A stretch of 64,000 nt of DNA from a bacterium (GCA_021159185.1 JAGGSH010000012.1:1235-65234), one strand, 5' to 3'; positions 39,311 through 51,601 are shown, counted from the first letter of the stretch. Translations and numbers: made by a program. Notes: generated by a model not told the origin, from the sequence alone.

Positions 39311-40159
39311 TTATCGCTTTATTGTCGCGTAAAAAATTATTATCAGCGTTGCTAATGCCAGCCTATACCAAAAGAAGATTTTGTAATTGGATTTTTCAAC
39401 AAATTTAATCAAATATTTTATGGCTAGATAACCGCTAATGGCCGAACAAATAATTCCCAGCGCCATAGCTAAATCAAAGCCGGAAATTAGTTCTTCAAAT
39501 TTTAAAAGGCTGGCGCCGAAAACAATTGGCGTGAGCATTAAAAAGGAAAAGCGCGCTGAAGTTACTCTGTCCAATCCCCTCGCCAATCCCGCCGTGATAG
39601 TAATTCCGGAACGGGAAGTTCCCGGAACAATTGCCAGCGCCTGCGCCAGACCGATTAAAATTCCGTCCATAAAATTTATTTTTTTTAAATTTCTGCTATG
39701 TTTAAAATGCCCATCGGCTAAAAACAGGATTAGTCCCCAGAAAAATAAATTAAAAGCGATTAGTAACGGATTGCGAAAAACCGTTTCCGCTAAATTTTCC
39801 AAAAACAATCCCGCTAAAACTCCGGGAATGGTCGCGATAATTATTATCCAAAGAAAGTTGGATTGTAATTTGTAGTTTGCCTGCCTGTCCGGTAGGCAGG
39901 TAGTTTGCCTGCCTGTCCGGTAGGCAGGTAGTTTGTAGCCTTTTTTAAACGCGAGCTTAAATATAATCATCCATTCTTTCCAAAAATACGCTATTACCGC
40001 TAACAATGTTCCGAAATGCAAAGCCACATCAAAAGCCAGCCCGGGATCTTTCCAACTAAAAATCCAGGGCGCAATAATTAAATGCCCCGATGAAGAAATG
40101 GGCAAGAACTCGCTAGCGCCTTGTATAAATCCTAAGAATACTGATTGAATAATTTCCAT
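39311..40159 (-). CDS. uppP: Undecaprenyl-diphosphatase
   Basis: EFLPISSSGHL, PGTSRSGIT, ARFSFL. Confidence 0.95.
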   Translation of the reverse strand: MEIIQSVFLGFIQGASEFLPISSSGHLIIAPWIFSWKDPGLAFDVALHFGTLLAVIAYFWKEWMIIFKLAFKKGYKLPAYRTGRQTTCLPDRQANYKLQSNFLWIIIIATIPGVLAGLFLENLAETVFRNPLLIAFNLFFWGLILFLADGHFKHSRNLKKINFMDGILIGLAQALAIVPGTSRSGITITAGLARGLDRVTSARFSFLMLTPIVFGASLLKFEELISGFDLAMALGIICSAISGYLAIKYLIKFVEKSNYKIFFWYRLALATLIIIFYATIKR

Positions 40160-40168
40160 TGAAAACGC

Positions 40169-40197
40169 TTGACAAAATTAAAAAATTAGAGTATGAT
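40169..40197 (+). promoter_or_regulatory. Near-consensus sigma70 promoter
   Basis: TTGACA-N17-TATGAT. Confidence 0.75.
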
Positions 40198-40238
40198 GAA
40201 CGATACAAAAAAAATATTAACAACAAGAGGAGATAGCC

Positions 40239-40418
40239 ATGAGTAGTATATTGTTCTTTTTAGTAATTTCTCTGGGAGGAGGAGTGTTCCTCCATAAAAC
40301 TGTTTTTAAAGACTATAACCTTAAACAATTCTGGCTGGCTTTCGCCAAAGCCGGAATAGGATGCGCGTTTGTCTTCGCGCTCCCGTGGGCATTATATTTT
40401 TTAATTTTAATGTCGTGA
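40239..40418 (+). CDS. 59-aa two-TM small membrane protein (not in ORF track)
   Basis: MSSILFFLVISLGGG...ALYFLILMS; GAGGAG RBS, promoter and terminator. Confidence 0.65.
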   Translation: MSSILFFLVISLGGGVFLHKTVFKDYNLKQFWLAFAKAGIGCAFVFALPWALYFLILMS

Positions 40419-40427
40419 TAATCCAAC

Positions 40428-40469
40428 CTGCCATCTCGCTTGAACTTTGAGCTTGATGGCGGTTTTTTT
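40428..40469 (+). terminator. Intrinsic terminator
   Basis: ctgccatc...gatggcgg followed by T run. Confidence 0.7.
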
Positions 40470-40533
40470 ATTGTCTTTCGAAATTTTAATTTCGTCCAGA
40501 CAATAAATCCGCCTTTAGCGGATACCGTTCCGC

Positions 40534-43059
40534 TTAAACCACAATATTAACCAACCGCCCCTTTATAAAAATAATCTTCTTAATTTCTTTTCCGCCAATG
40601 TGCTTCTGGATTTTTTCACTGGCTAAAACTTTTTCCTTGGCTTCTTCTTCGGAAATATCCGCCGGCGCTTGAATTTTATCCCGCACTTTCCCGTTAACTT
40701 GCGCCACTATTTCAATCATCTCATCCTTAACCATATCCGGATCATATTTTGGCCATTTTTGGTTAAAAATTGATTCCACCGGTTCTCCCCCTTTCTTAAA
40801 GGGAGAGCTAGGGGAAGATTTTAAGGCGTTAAACAACTCTTCGGCGATAAACGGAGCAAACGGCGAAAGCAAAATCAAAAATTTCTCCATCGCTTCCCTC
40901 GGCAGTACTTTGTGCCTGGGGCATTCATTTATAAAAATCATCAATTTACTGATCGCCGTATTAAATTTCAATCCCTCAACATCTTCTGTCACGCCCTTGA
41001 TGGTCTTGTGCAATAATCTTGACAACTCTTTGGACGCATTGGAAGTCGGAAACTTAAAATTTTGGAAAAGATTATAAATCTTTTCCAGAAACCGATAAAC
41101 TCCCTTTACCCCTTCTTCATTCCATGTTACATCCTCCTCCAACGGTCCGGCGAACATCATATACATTCTAGTAGCATCCGCGCCGAATTTTTTAACCATA
41201 TCATTAGGATTAACCACATTACCCTTGGACTTGCTCATCTTCACTCCGTTTTTATCCAAAACCATTCCTTGATGGCGAAGTTTTATGAAGGGTTCATCAA
41301 ACTCCAATAATCCCATCCCGTGCATCGCTTTCACGAAAAAGCGCGCGTATAAAAGATGCATATAAGTATGCTCCGCCCCGCCGATATATAAATCCACTGG
41401 CAGCCAGCGTTTTAATTTTTCTTTTGAACAAAATTCTTTTTCATTCTCCGTATCCGGATAACGCAAGAAATACCAGGAAGAATCCACAAAGGTGTCCATC
41501 GTGTCCGCTTCCGGCGTCCATCCTTTGCCAAAAATTTTCTCTGTTCGTTTTTTTAATTCTTTAGACTTCGCTAACGGCGCTTCGCCAGTTGGCGTGAAAT
41601 TAACATCCTCCGGCAGCAACCACGGCAAATTTTCCTCGCCGACAAATTTCGCTTCTCCTTCCGGAGAATAAACAATCGGGATCGGACAACCCCAATATCG
41701 CTGGCGGGAAATTGACCAATCTCGCAAGCGATAATTCATCGTCATCTTCCCGCCAATAAATTCCGTAATTGCCCTCTTCGCTTCCTCGCTATCCATTCCG
41801 TCAAATTTGCCGGAATTGATTAAAATTCCGGAACCGACATAAACTTCACAATCTTCTTTACTGTTCCTTGTTCCTTGTTCTCTGTTCCTTGTTCTCTGTT
41901 CCTTATTCTCTGATTCAATCACCTCTCTAACCGGCAAATTATATTTTTTCGCAAACTCAAAATCCCTTTCATCGTGCGCCGGAACTGCCATAATCGCGCC
42001 GGTACCGTAACCGCCCAAAACATAATCCGCTGTAAAAATTGGAATCTTCTCACCATTAGCCGGATTTATAGCAACTAATCCCTCTAATTTAACGCCTGTT
42101 TTTTCTTTGCTTTCCAATCGCTCCATTTCTGTTTTGTTTTTCGCTCGCTCAATATATCTTTTTACATCCTCGTGATTCCTAATCATTAAATCATTATTCT
42201 CGGGGAGTGAAGCGACAAATTTATGTTCCGGCGCCAACACTAAATAAGTCGCCCCGAAAAGCGTGTCTGGTCTGGTTGTAAAAACTTTAATGAAATTTTC
42301 ATTCTTTTGAATTTTGGATTTTGGGTTTGATTTGGATAATTTGGATTTTGAAATAATTTGAAATTTTATAATTGCTCCTTCACTTTTGCCAATCCACGCT
42401 CTCTGGTTTTTCTTAGTCGCTTCCGGCCAGTCAACTTTATCTAAATCCTTAATTAAATCCTCGGCAAATCCGGTAATTTTAAAAAACCAACCCGGAACTT
42501 CTTTTTGTTTAATTTTCGTTTTGCACCGCTCGCACTTTCCATCTGCTACCTGTTCATTGGCAATCACCGTCTGGCAAGATGGGCACCAATTGATTTCATC
42601 GGTTTTTCTCTTAACTAATCCATTCTCAAAAAATTTGCCGAAAATCCATTGGGTCCATTTATAATAAGACGGGCTGGAAGTTCGGATTAAATTTGAAAAG
42701 TCATAGCCAAATCCCAGCATTTTCATCTGCTTAATGTAATTTTTTATGTTCTTTTCGGTAGTTTTTTTTGGATGAACGCCGGTTTTAATCGCGTAATTTT
42801 CCGCCGGCAAACCGAAAGAATCAAATCCTTGCCGATGCAAAACATCATATCCCTGCAGTTTTTTAAAGCGGTAAATTATATCCGAAGCCGTGTAAGATTC
42901 CGTATGCCCCATATGCAAACCGTCTCCCGAAGGATACGGAAACATATCCAAAATATAATACTTCGGCTTCTTCTTATTTCCTTTGGTTTTATAAAGCCCC
43001 TTTTCCTCCCAATATTTTCTCCATTTCCGCTCTATTTTTGAAAAGTTATATTTTACCAT
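40534..43059 (-). CDS. leuS: Leucine--tRNA ligase
   Basis: MFPYPSG, HMGH, FTTRPDT, KMSKS. Confidence 0.97.
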   Translation of the reverse strand: MVKYNFSKIERKWRKYWEEKGLYKTKGNKKKPKYYILDMFPYPSGDGLHMGHTESYTASDIIYRFKKLQGYDVLHRQGFDSFGLPAENYAIKTGVHPKKTTEKNIKNYIKQMKMLGFGYDFSNLIRTSSPSYYKWTQWIFGKFFENGLVKRKTDEINWCPSCQTVIANEQVADGKCERCKTKIKQKEVPGWFFKITGFAEDLIKDLDKVDWPEATKKNQRAWIGKSEGAIIKFQIISKSKLSKSNPKSKIQKNENFIKVFTTRPDTLFGATYLVLAPEHKFVASLPENNDLMIRNHEDVKRYIERAKNKTEMERLESKEKTGVKLEGLVAINPANGEKIPIFTADYVLGGYGTGAIMAVPAHDERDFEFAKKYNLPVREVIESENKEQRTRNREQGTRNSKEDCEVYVGSGILINSGKFDGMDSEEAKRAITEFIGGKMTMNYRLRDWSISRQRYWGCPIPIVYSPEGEAKFVGEENLPWLLPEDVNFTPTGEAPLAKSKELKKRTEKIFGKGWTPEADTMDTFVDSSWYFLRYPDTENEKEFCSKEKLKRWLPVDLYIGGAEHTYMHLLYARFFVKAMHGMGLLEFDEPFIKLRHQGMVLDKNGVKMSKSKGNVVNPNDMVKKFGADATRMYMMFAGPLEEDVTWNEEGVKGVYRFLEKIYNLFQNFKFPTSNASKELSRLLHKTIKGVTEDVEGLKFNTAISKLMIFINECPRHKVLPREAMEKFLILLSPFAPFIAEELFNALKSSPSSPFKKGGEPVESIFNQKWPKYDPDMVKDEMIEIVAQVNGKVRDKIQAPADISEEEAKEKVLASEKIQKHIGGKEIKKIIFIKGRLVNIVV

Positions 43060-43149
43060 TACCTAGTTACTGATTACTAGTTATCCAGCCGTGCCAGATC
43101 TAGCATAGCTAGACTGATTACTACTCTATCCCAATTTTCCTTTTTAATT

Positions 43150-44094
43150 TTAAGTTCTTATTTTTCTGTAAATTTTCTTCCCAATCCAATAAATTATCCA
43201 CAAAATCAGTAAAAACGCGGCAATAGAAGGAATTTTTACGATAATAAAATAAATCAGGCTGTCAATGAAACTTTGCGTGTTTTTAATTAAAGTCTTGACT
43301 GAACTTTTCACCGCTTGCCACGGCCGCCAGCCTTCGCCAACCGGAGATATTTCCACATCCTCGCTTAAATTCACGGTGATGATTGACATATTTGTTTGGG
43401 ATTCCAGATATTTTATCCTCCCTTCCAGCCTTTCAATTTCCCCTCTTACTCTTGAGATCTCTTTGGTAACTTTTAGCACATCTTCAATTTTTCCCGCTCG
43501 GTCTAAAATTTTGACAAAAGCTTGTTCTTCCGCCCGCTTATTTTTTAGCTGCGCTTGGAGATCGGCGTATTGCTCCGTCACGTCTTTGCCCGTAGTTGAT
43601 TCACTGACTACTTGCGTAGCTACCTTTTTAATCGCTTCTATGGTTTCTTCAAATTTATCCACTGGAACTTTTACCGTTATTGTTCCGCTTTTTAAACCCC
43701 CGATACTTTCATAAAACCTGGATGAAAAGACTTCTCCTCCTTTAGATTTAGCAATTTCTGAAATCTTTTTGGCGGACTCTTCAGTTTTCGCCACTTTCAA
43801 TGAAAGGTCTCCATTTTTTATCACGCGCTTGCCTTGAAATTCATCCTTGCCGCCGTCCGCGGCGCTTCTTAATTTTATTGAATCTTCCATTTTGGTTTCT
43901 CTCATCTCAGGCGCCGGAATTTTGGAAGGTTTTGCCAAATTAACGCCTTGCAATAATTTATTCGGCTTCTCTTTGAAATTATAAGCCGCTTTATTAGAGA
44001 TATCGCCGTAAAATAAGTTAAAGACTCCGTAAAACAGCAGCGCCCCAATAATTATCCCCACTATTTTTAACCATCTTTTGATTTTCTCGTTCAT
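43150..44094 (-). CDS. DUF4349-like membrane-anchored protein
   Basis: ITVKVP, DVTEQYADL, RGEIERLEG, C-terminal TM. Confidence 0.8.
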   Translation of the reverse strand: MNEKIKRWLKIVGIIIGALLFYGVFNLFYGDISNKAAYNFKEKPNKLLQGVNLAKPSKIPAPEMRETKMEDSIKLRSAADGGKDEFQGKRVIKNGDLSLKVAKTEESAKKISEIAKSKGGEVFSSRFYESIGGLKSGTITVKVPVDKFEETIEAIKKVATQVVSESTTGKDVTEQYADLQAQLKNKRAEEQAFVKILDRAGKIEDVLKVTKEISRVRGEIERLEGRIKYLESQTNMSIITVNLSEDVEISPVGEGWRPWQAVKSSVKTLIKNTQSFIDSLIYFIIVKIPSIAAFLLILWIIYWIGKKIYRKIRT

Positions 44095-44227
44095 AAATTT
44101 ATTTTATTGATTACATTTTTAACTGCTTTAATTATAACAAAGAATAAGAAAAATAAAAAATCGCAAGTTAAATACCAGCGGTTTTATAATTCATTTAGGA
44201 AATACCGATTTTATAAATCTGAAAAAA

Positions 44228-44623
44228 TTACTTCGGCTTTAATGACGAATGGTGATGAATGATTTTCCACTCGCCGTTTTTATTTTTTTGCCAGACAAAA
44301 GTAAATCTCGCCCGAATAATTTCGCGATTGCCATTTTTCCCCATTTTAAAATCATACATTCCGGAATATATTAAAGTTTTTCCGTCTTCGGATATCTGGG
44401 CTTCCGATTTAACGACTCGGCTTACTGGACCCTTTTGCAAAAAATGCTTAAAATATTCTTCAGCGCCGCTTAAACCTTTTTTAAAATCGCCGCTTAAAGT
44501 GGGCAGAAAAGCATTTTTAGCGCTGTATAATTCCGCTACTTTACGAGAATTCTTCGTTCGCAACGCTTCATTCCAGCGTTTAAAATTTTCTTCCGCGATT
44601 TTTTTAGCTCCTTTCCGCGCCAT
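44228..44623 (-). CDS. SgcJ/EcaC (DUF4440, NTF2-like) family protein
   Basis: FLPTLS, ARFTFVW, WKIIHHHSS. Confidence 0.8.
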   Translation of the reverse strand: MARKGAKKIAEENFKRWNEALRTKNSRKVAELYSAKNAFLPTLSGDFKKGLSGAEEYFKHFLQKGPVSRVVKSEAQISEDGKTLIYSGMYDFKMGKNGNREIIRARFTFVWQKNKNGEWKIIHHHSSLKPK

Positions 44624-44627
44624 ACTC

Positions 44628-45047
44628 TTATTTTTTTAAATATCGTTTGGCTACCTTCACGCGCGCCAATTCTTTTTCCAACATCGCCGCCACACGGGCG
44701 TATTCCACTTCGTCCATTGACACTCTCTGTTTTTTAATATCTTCCGCTCTTTTTTTGGCTTCTTCCGCTCTCTCCAAATCAATTTCTTCCGCTCTTTCCG
44801 CCGTATCGGCTAAAACTATCAGTTCATTATTATGAAATTCTATGAACCCGCCGGAAATCGCCAAATCAATTTCTTTTTCCTCGTTTTTTTTCTTTAAGAT
44901 AATTTCTCCCGATTTTAAGAACGCAATATATGACCGATGGTTCGGCAGAATCGTCACTTCTCCGTCCGCCACCGGCAAAGTAGCTTGATAAATTTCATCT
45001 TCATAAACCGTTTTTTCGGGGGTGGTAATTTTGAATTTTATATTCAT
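44628..45047 (-). CDS. atpC: ATP synthase epsilon
   Basis: ITTPEK, ILPNH, SGGFIE; operon position. Confidence 0.95.
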   Translation of the reverse strand: MNIKFKITTPEKTVYEDEIYQATLPVADGEVTILPNHRSYIAFLKSGEIILKKKNEEKEIDLAISGGFIEFHNNELIVLADTAERAEEIDLERAEEAKKRAEDIKKQRVSMDEVEYARVAAMLEKELARVKVAKRYLKK

Positions 45048-45059
45048 ACCGCTTGTCGC

Positions 45060-46475
<1,416 letters not shown>

Positions 46476-46494
46476 TCAAATTTTAAATTATTTA

Positions 46495-47451
46495 TTATTC
46501 TAGCGCCGCTCGTCCCGCGCTGATTTCCGCGATTTCTTGGGTAATTTTCATTTGCCTGATTTGATTGTACGCCAGATTTAATCCTTCTGACATTTCACCG
46601 GCTGCTTCCGTCGCGTTCCTCATCGCCACCATCCGCGCTGATTCTTTGGACGCGTTAGATTCTAAAATCGCGTGGTAAATCTGCATTTCAATAAGCCTTG
46701 GGAAAATGTGAGTAAGCACTTCTTTCGGATTAGGCTCCACTTTATATTCAGACTCCGGTTCATCTAATTTACGCTCTTTAGTTGAATCACTCATTTCAGA
46801 AATTTGTTTTTCCAGATCAGTTTTGCTTATGGGTAAAATTTGTCTTATTTTAGTTTGCTGAACCATTGTGGAAACATAATCAGTATAAACAATCACGGCC
46901 TTATCATATTTTTTGGCTAGATATTCATCTATAACCATTTTTGACAATGGCCGCACGCTCTCAATATCAGGAAGGTAGGTTAGCTCCGGGAAAGAAGCGA
47001 CAATATTTTTTCCCAGTTTCCGCGCCAGACTTTCGCCTTTTTTTCCTACGGTTATAAAATCTATTGCTAATTCTTTATCAGAAACACTTGACTTAATTTT
47101 TTTATCTCCTATTCTATTGATTTTTAACTCTTTCGGATTATTTATTTCTTCTTTGACTTTTTTAATAACTTGCGCGTTAAACGATCCACAAAGTCCTCTA
47201 TTGGATGTGATGATTATGGCTAAAATATTTTTTACCTCTCTCGCTTCCAAGAGCCCGGATTCATACTCCCCGAAAGCTCTGGCTAAATTACCCAATACGC
47301 TCCAAGCACTATGGGCGTAAGGGCGAATTCGCAAAACACTTTCTGTCGCTTTTCTCATTTTAACAGCCGACACCATTTCCATCGCCCGCGTTATTTTGCC
47401 GGTGTTTTTTATAGACTTTATCCGCCTTTTAATATCTTTTCCGTTTGACAT
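46495..47451 (-). CDS. atpG: ATP synthase gamma
   Basis: KITRAMEMVSA, RGLCGSFN, ITQEIAEI. Confidence 0.97.
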   Translation of the reverse strand: MSNGKDIKRRIKSIKNTGKITRAMEMVSAVKMRKATESVLRIRPYAHSAWSVLGNLARAFGEYESGLLEAREVKNILAIIITSNRGLCGSFNAQVIKKVKEEINNPKELKINRIGDKKIKSSVSDKELAIDFITVGKKGESLARKLGKNIVASFPELTYLPDIESVRPLSKMVIDEYLAKKYDKAVIVYTDYVSTMVQQTKIRQILPISKTDLEKQISEMSDSTKERKLDEPESEYKVEPNPKEVLTHIFPRLIEMQIYHAILESNASKESARMVAMRNATEAAGEMSEGLNLAYNQIRQMKITQEIAEISAGRAALE

Positions 47452-47454
47452 AAA

Positions 47455-49005
47455 TTATCCCTGATAAATCTCCTTAAACCCTTCAATCGCTTTCTTTAAT
47501 TTCTTAACAACTTTATCAGTTAAATCTTGCTCTTTTTTAATTAAATCCAGCGTTTCTTTGTGGGTGGATTTCAAATATTTATGAAAATCTCTCTCCCAGT
47601 CGGAAACTTTTTCCGCCTTTACATCATCAATATATCCCTGCGTTAATGCGTATAAAACAGCCACTTGATTCTCCACCGATATCGGTTCATACTGCGCTTG
47701 TTTTAAAACTTCTACCGTTCTTTTTCCTCTTTCTATTTGCTTTCTGGTTTTTTCGTCCAAGTCCGATCCAAATTGGGCAAAAGCTTCCAGTTCTCTGAAC
47801 TGCGCTAAGTCCAATCTCAATTTTCCCGCCACCTTTTTCATAGCTTTGATTTGCGCCGCCGAGCCTACTCGTGAAACGCTCAAGCCCACATTAAGAGCCG
47901 GCCTTATGCCTTTATAGAATAAATCGGATTCCAAATAAATTTGTCCGTCGGTAATAGAAATAACATTAGTGGGAATGTAAGCGCTCACATCTCCCGCCTG
48001 AGTTTCAATAATGGGAAGCGCGGTAATAGAACCTCCGCCCAAATCATCGTTAAGTTTAGCGCTTCTTTCCAGCAGACGGGAATGGAGATAAAAAATATCT
48101 CCCGGATAAGCTTCCCGTCCCGGCGGCCGTTTGAGAATAAGCGAGATCTGGCGATACGCCCAAGCGTGCTTTGACAAATCATCATACACTATCAAAACAT
48201 CTTTACCCTGATCCATAAAATATTCTCCGATAGCACATCCGGCGTAAGGAGCGATAAATGAAAAAGAAGCCGGATCAGACGCCCCGGCCACTACTACAAT
48301 CGTGTGCTCCATAGCTCCGTTCTTTTCTAATTCAGCCACAATTCTGGCTACTTTTGATTCTTTTTGTCCAATGGCTACATAAATGCAAACCACATCTTCG
48401 CCGGACTGATTTATAATCGCATCAATAGCAATAGCCGTTTTTCCCGTTTGACGATCGCCGATAATCAGCTCTCTCTGTCCCCGCCCGATAGGAATCATAG
48501 CGTCAATAGCTTTAATTCCGGTCTGCACCGGCTGATAAACCGATTTTCTGGCAATTACTCCCGGAGCATTTTTTTCAATCGGGTAAAACTTATCCGATTT
48601 TATTTCTTCTTTACCATCAATCGCGAATCCCAAGGGATTAACCACTCGTCCGATCATTTTTTCCGCCACTGGAACTGAAAGAATTCGTCCGGTTGATTTT
48701 ACTTCATCTCCTTCTTTTATTCCCTTGTAATCCCCCAATACCATCGCTCCCACTTGATCTTCTTCCAAATTGAGAGCCACTCCCAAAATTGTTTTTTCCG
48801 TATCAGTCCGCGCGGAATCCGCGTCAGTCCGTGTTGTGGTAAATTCCAGCATTTCTGACGCCATAGCGTCGGATAATCCGGAAATTTTAGCCACGCCGTC
48901 CCCTATCTCAACCACTGTCCCGACTTTTTCCGTTTTGGTTTCCGTTTTAATTCCTTCAACTTGTTTTTTAAGCTGTTCAATTATGTAATCTTTTTGACTT
49001 GACAT
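47455..49005 (-). CDS. atpA: ATP synthase alpha
   Basis: [18 protein letters not shown]. Confidence 0.98.
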   Translation of the reverse strand: MSSQKDYIIEQLKKQVEGIKTETKTEKVGTVVEIGDGVAKISGLSDAMASEMLEFTTTRTDADSARTDTEKTILGVALNLEEDQVGAMVLGDYKGIKEGDEVKSTGRILSVPVAEKMIGRVVNPLGFAIDGKEEIKSDKFYPIEKNAPGVIARKSVYQPVQTGIKAIDAMIPIGRGQRELIIGDRQTGKTAIAIDAIINQSGEDVVCIYVAIGQKESKVARIVAELEKNGAMEHTIVVVAGASDPASFSFIAPYAGCAIGEYFMDQGKDVLIVYDDLSKHAWAYRQISLILKRPPGREAYPGDIFYLHSRLLERSAKLNDDLGGGSITALPIIETQAGDVSAYIPTNVISITDGQIYLESDLFYKGIRPALNVGLSVSRVGSAAQIKAMKKVAGKLRLDLAQFRELEAFAQFGSDLDEKTRKQIERGKRTVEVLKQAQYEPISVENQVAVLYALTQGYIDDVKAEKVSDWERDFHKYLKSTHKETLDLIKKEQDLTDKVVKKLKKAIEGFKEIYQG

Positions 49006-49021
49006 ATTTTTTCATTTATTA

Positions 49022-49423
49022 TTATTTTCTCAAATTTTCTTTTAATTTTCGCAACTTTCCTGCCACACTTCCATCCATTATCTCATCGCCTACTTTTATA
49101 ATAATTCCGCCCTTTATATTTCCATCAACTCTATTTTTTAAAACTACTTTTTTTGCTTTGTATTTTTCTTTAATATAATTTTCTGCTTTGCAAACTTGGT
49201 AACTTTCCAATCCGCGCGCGCTAACAACTTCCGCTTCTATAATTCCGTTTTGTTCGTTCCAAATTTCATTAAACTTTTCAATAATTTTATTAGTCAATTT
49301 TAACTGGCCGCCTCTTTTTAATTCCTCCGCGAATTTTATTATCACGCCACCAACATCCGCCTCGCTTTTGCCACCAGTTAAATCATATAAAGCCTGCGCG
49401 TATTGTTTGGCTGAAATTTTCAT
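49022..49423 (-). CDS. atpH: ATP synthase delta (short)
   Basis: KQYAQAL, IKGGIIIKVGD; operon position. Confidence 0.9.
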   Translation of the reverse strand: MKISAKQYAQALYDLTGGKSEADVGGVIIKFAEELKRGGQLKLTNKIIEKFNEIWNEQNGIIEAEVVSARGLESYQVCKAENYIKEKYKAKKVVLKNRVDGNIKGGIIIKVGDEIMDGSVAGKLRKLKENLRK

Positions 49424-49430
49424 AAAAATG

Positions 49431-49486
49431 TATGGCTTATGGCTTATGGCTTATGGCTTATGGCTTATGGCTTATGGCTTATGGCT
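49431..49486. repeat. Perfect (TATGGCT)8 tandem repeat
   Basis: Eight exact units overlapping the atpF stop. Confidence 0.95.
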
Positions 49487-49959
49487 TGTTCTATTATCTC
49501 CCTATCTTTTTCTTCATCCATTTTCTCCCCAATCACTTTCTCTGTTGCTAAAGACACCAGCTCCGCCATTTCAGATTTTACTTCTCCCAGCATTTTATTT
49601 TTTTCTTCTTCTATCTTCTTTTCTGTGTCGGATAAAATTTTCTCCGCCTGTGATTTGGATTCAATTATTATTTCCTCCTTGTTTTTCTTGGCAATTTCCT
49701 CCGCTGAATCTACTATTTTTTGAGCTTCCTTTCTGGCAGTTAATAAGATTTTCTTTTCTTTTTCTTCCATTTCTCCCAGCTTATTTTTAGCCTTTTCAGC
49801 GTCCTGCAATCCTTTTTCTATTTTTTCTTTTCTGTCATCCAACACTTTCAAGATAGGTTTGTAGGCAAATCTTTTTAAAATATAAAGTAAAATAAAAAAA
49901 TTCACTATTTGAGCCAACAGCAATTTTCCATTTATTCCCAGATTTGAAAGCAGTTCCAT
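49465..49959 (-). CDS. atpF: ATP synthase F0 subunit b
   Basis: AQIVNFFIL, YKPIL, coiled coil. Confidence 0.95.
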   Translation of the reverse strand: MELLSNLGINGKLLLAQIVNFFILLYILKRFAYKPILKVLDDRKEKIEKGLQDAEKAKNKLGEMEEKEKKILLTARKEAQKIVDSAEEIAKKNKEEIIIESKSQAEKILSDTEKKIEEEKNKMLGEVKSEMAELVSLATEKVIGEKMDEEKDREIIEQAISHKP

Positions 49960-49999
49960 ATCAAAATTAAAAAATATCTTATGAAAAATGGTTTAATGA

Positions 50000-50128
50000 C
50001 CTCCCCCTTTGGAAAAGGGGGAAAGTGAGTGGAGCAAGCAGGGGGATTTGAAAGAGTTAGAAAATGACAATCGCAAGGAATAAATTAGAAGTTTTCAAAT
50101 CCCCCGCGAATGCTGCCCAAAGGAGGAG
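50000..50128. repeat. Family B element
   Basis: cctccccctttggaaaaggggg...gggggatttgaaa...tttcaaatccccc. Confidence 0.75.
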
Positions 50129-50139
50129 CTAAAACAATC

Positions 50140-50415
<276 letters not shown>

Positions 50416-50457
50416 TTATTGTTAAATTTATTAGATTATTAATTTTAAACTTTGTAT

Positions 50458-50540
50458 GTCATTCCCGCGAAAGCGGGAATCCAGAGTAATTTCTGAAGTT
50501 CGCAGTTTCATCCTGGATTCCCGATCAAGTCGGGAATGAC
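50458..50540. repeat. Family A element (short type)
   Basis: GTCATTCCCGCGAAAGCGGGAATCC...GATTCCCGATCAAGTCGGGAATGAC. Confidence 0.9.
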
Positions 50541-50572
50541 AAAGAATGTTTCCGCAATTCCCAAAATAAATT

Positions 50573-51325
50573 TTAATGCGCGACCTCCGCCGTCGCCATT
50601 TTCATAAACACCAATGTCAACATAGCGAACACCAAGGCCTGTATAAATCCCACGAAAATTTCCAAAAACAAAAACGGAAGAGGAATAATATAAGGAACCA
50701 GCATCAGCATTACCGTGAGCAGAACCTCCCCCGCGAAAATATTTCCAAACAAACGAAAGGAGAACGATATTATTTTAGCAAACTCTGAAATTAATTCAAG
50801 CCCTCCGACAAAACTTCCGATAAAATAAGGTTTCTTAAAAGGATTCACGAAAAATTTTCCCAGATATTTTTTAAACCCCAGCGCTGTCACTCCGGCTAAC
50901 TGGGCGGCTGAAACCGAAATAAGAGCAATCGCCAAAGTAACATTCAGATCAGCGCTGTTGCTTCTGATAAAAGGCGCCAGCATCGTTTCCCCATGATGCT
51001 CCTGCTCCACTCCGATAGTTCCCAATCCGGGAATAAGTTCAATCCAGTTGGAAAGAATGACGAAAATAAAAATGGTGGCTACTAACGGAAAAAACTTTTT
51101 GGCCTGCTTTCTGTCTTGAGTAACGCTGTCCACTAAATTCAAAAGAGTCTCCAAAACAATTTCTATAATATTTTGAAAGCCTTTGGGAATTAAAGATATT
51201 CTTTTTTTTACCAGCCACGCTCCAATAATTATAAGAATGGCAATAAAAGCGGTCATCAAAACCGTATTGGTAACCGGGAAACTTCCTATATTAAAAATTA
51301 CTTCTGGTATTAATGATATTTCCAT
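50573..51325 (-). CDS. atpB: ATP synthase F0 subunit a
   Basis: FRLFGNIFAGE, QALVF. Confidence 0.96.
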   Translation of the reverse strand: MEISLIPEVIFNIGSFPVTNTVLMTAFIAILIIIGAWLVKKRISLIPKGFQNIIEIVLETLLNLVDSVTQDRKQAKKFFPLVATIFIFVILSNWIELIPGLGTIGVEQEHHGETMLAPFIRSNSADLNVTLAIALISVSAAQLAGVTALGFKKYLGKFFVNPFKKPYFIGSFVGGLELISEFAKIISFSFRLFGNIFAGEVLLTVMLMLVPYIIPLPFLFLEIFVGFIQALVFAMLTLVFMKMATAEVAH

Positions 51326-51385
51326 AAGCCTAATCTATTAAATTCCGCTTCATTGCTTGTGATTTTTATCGCTTACTCCCTATTT

Positions 51386-51547
51386 GTCATTCCGAAATTT
51401 TTTCTGGAACGCCTGCCTGCCGGCAGGCAGGAAGTGGAAGAAAAAATATCCGGAATCTAGAATTATTAGAATCTTTAAGTCTGAGATGAATGAAAGCGTA
51501 GATTCCGGATATTTTTTTCGCTACTGCTCAAAAAATTCCGGAATGAC
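51386..51547. repeat. Family A element (long type) with nested family C palindrome
   Basis: Homologous along its length to 3275-3439. Confidence 0.88.
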
Positions 51548-51601
51548 ATAAAGAAAGACCCCAAATAATTCTAAAATTTTTTTACAACTAATAATAAACT
51601 C

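Noticed and set aside
49368-49790. ORFs with MAYGLWL repeats
   Set aside because: Antisense translation of the TATGGCT array overlapping atpF and atpH
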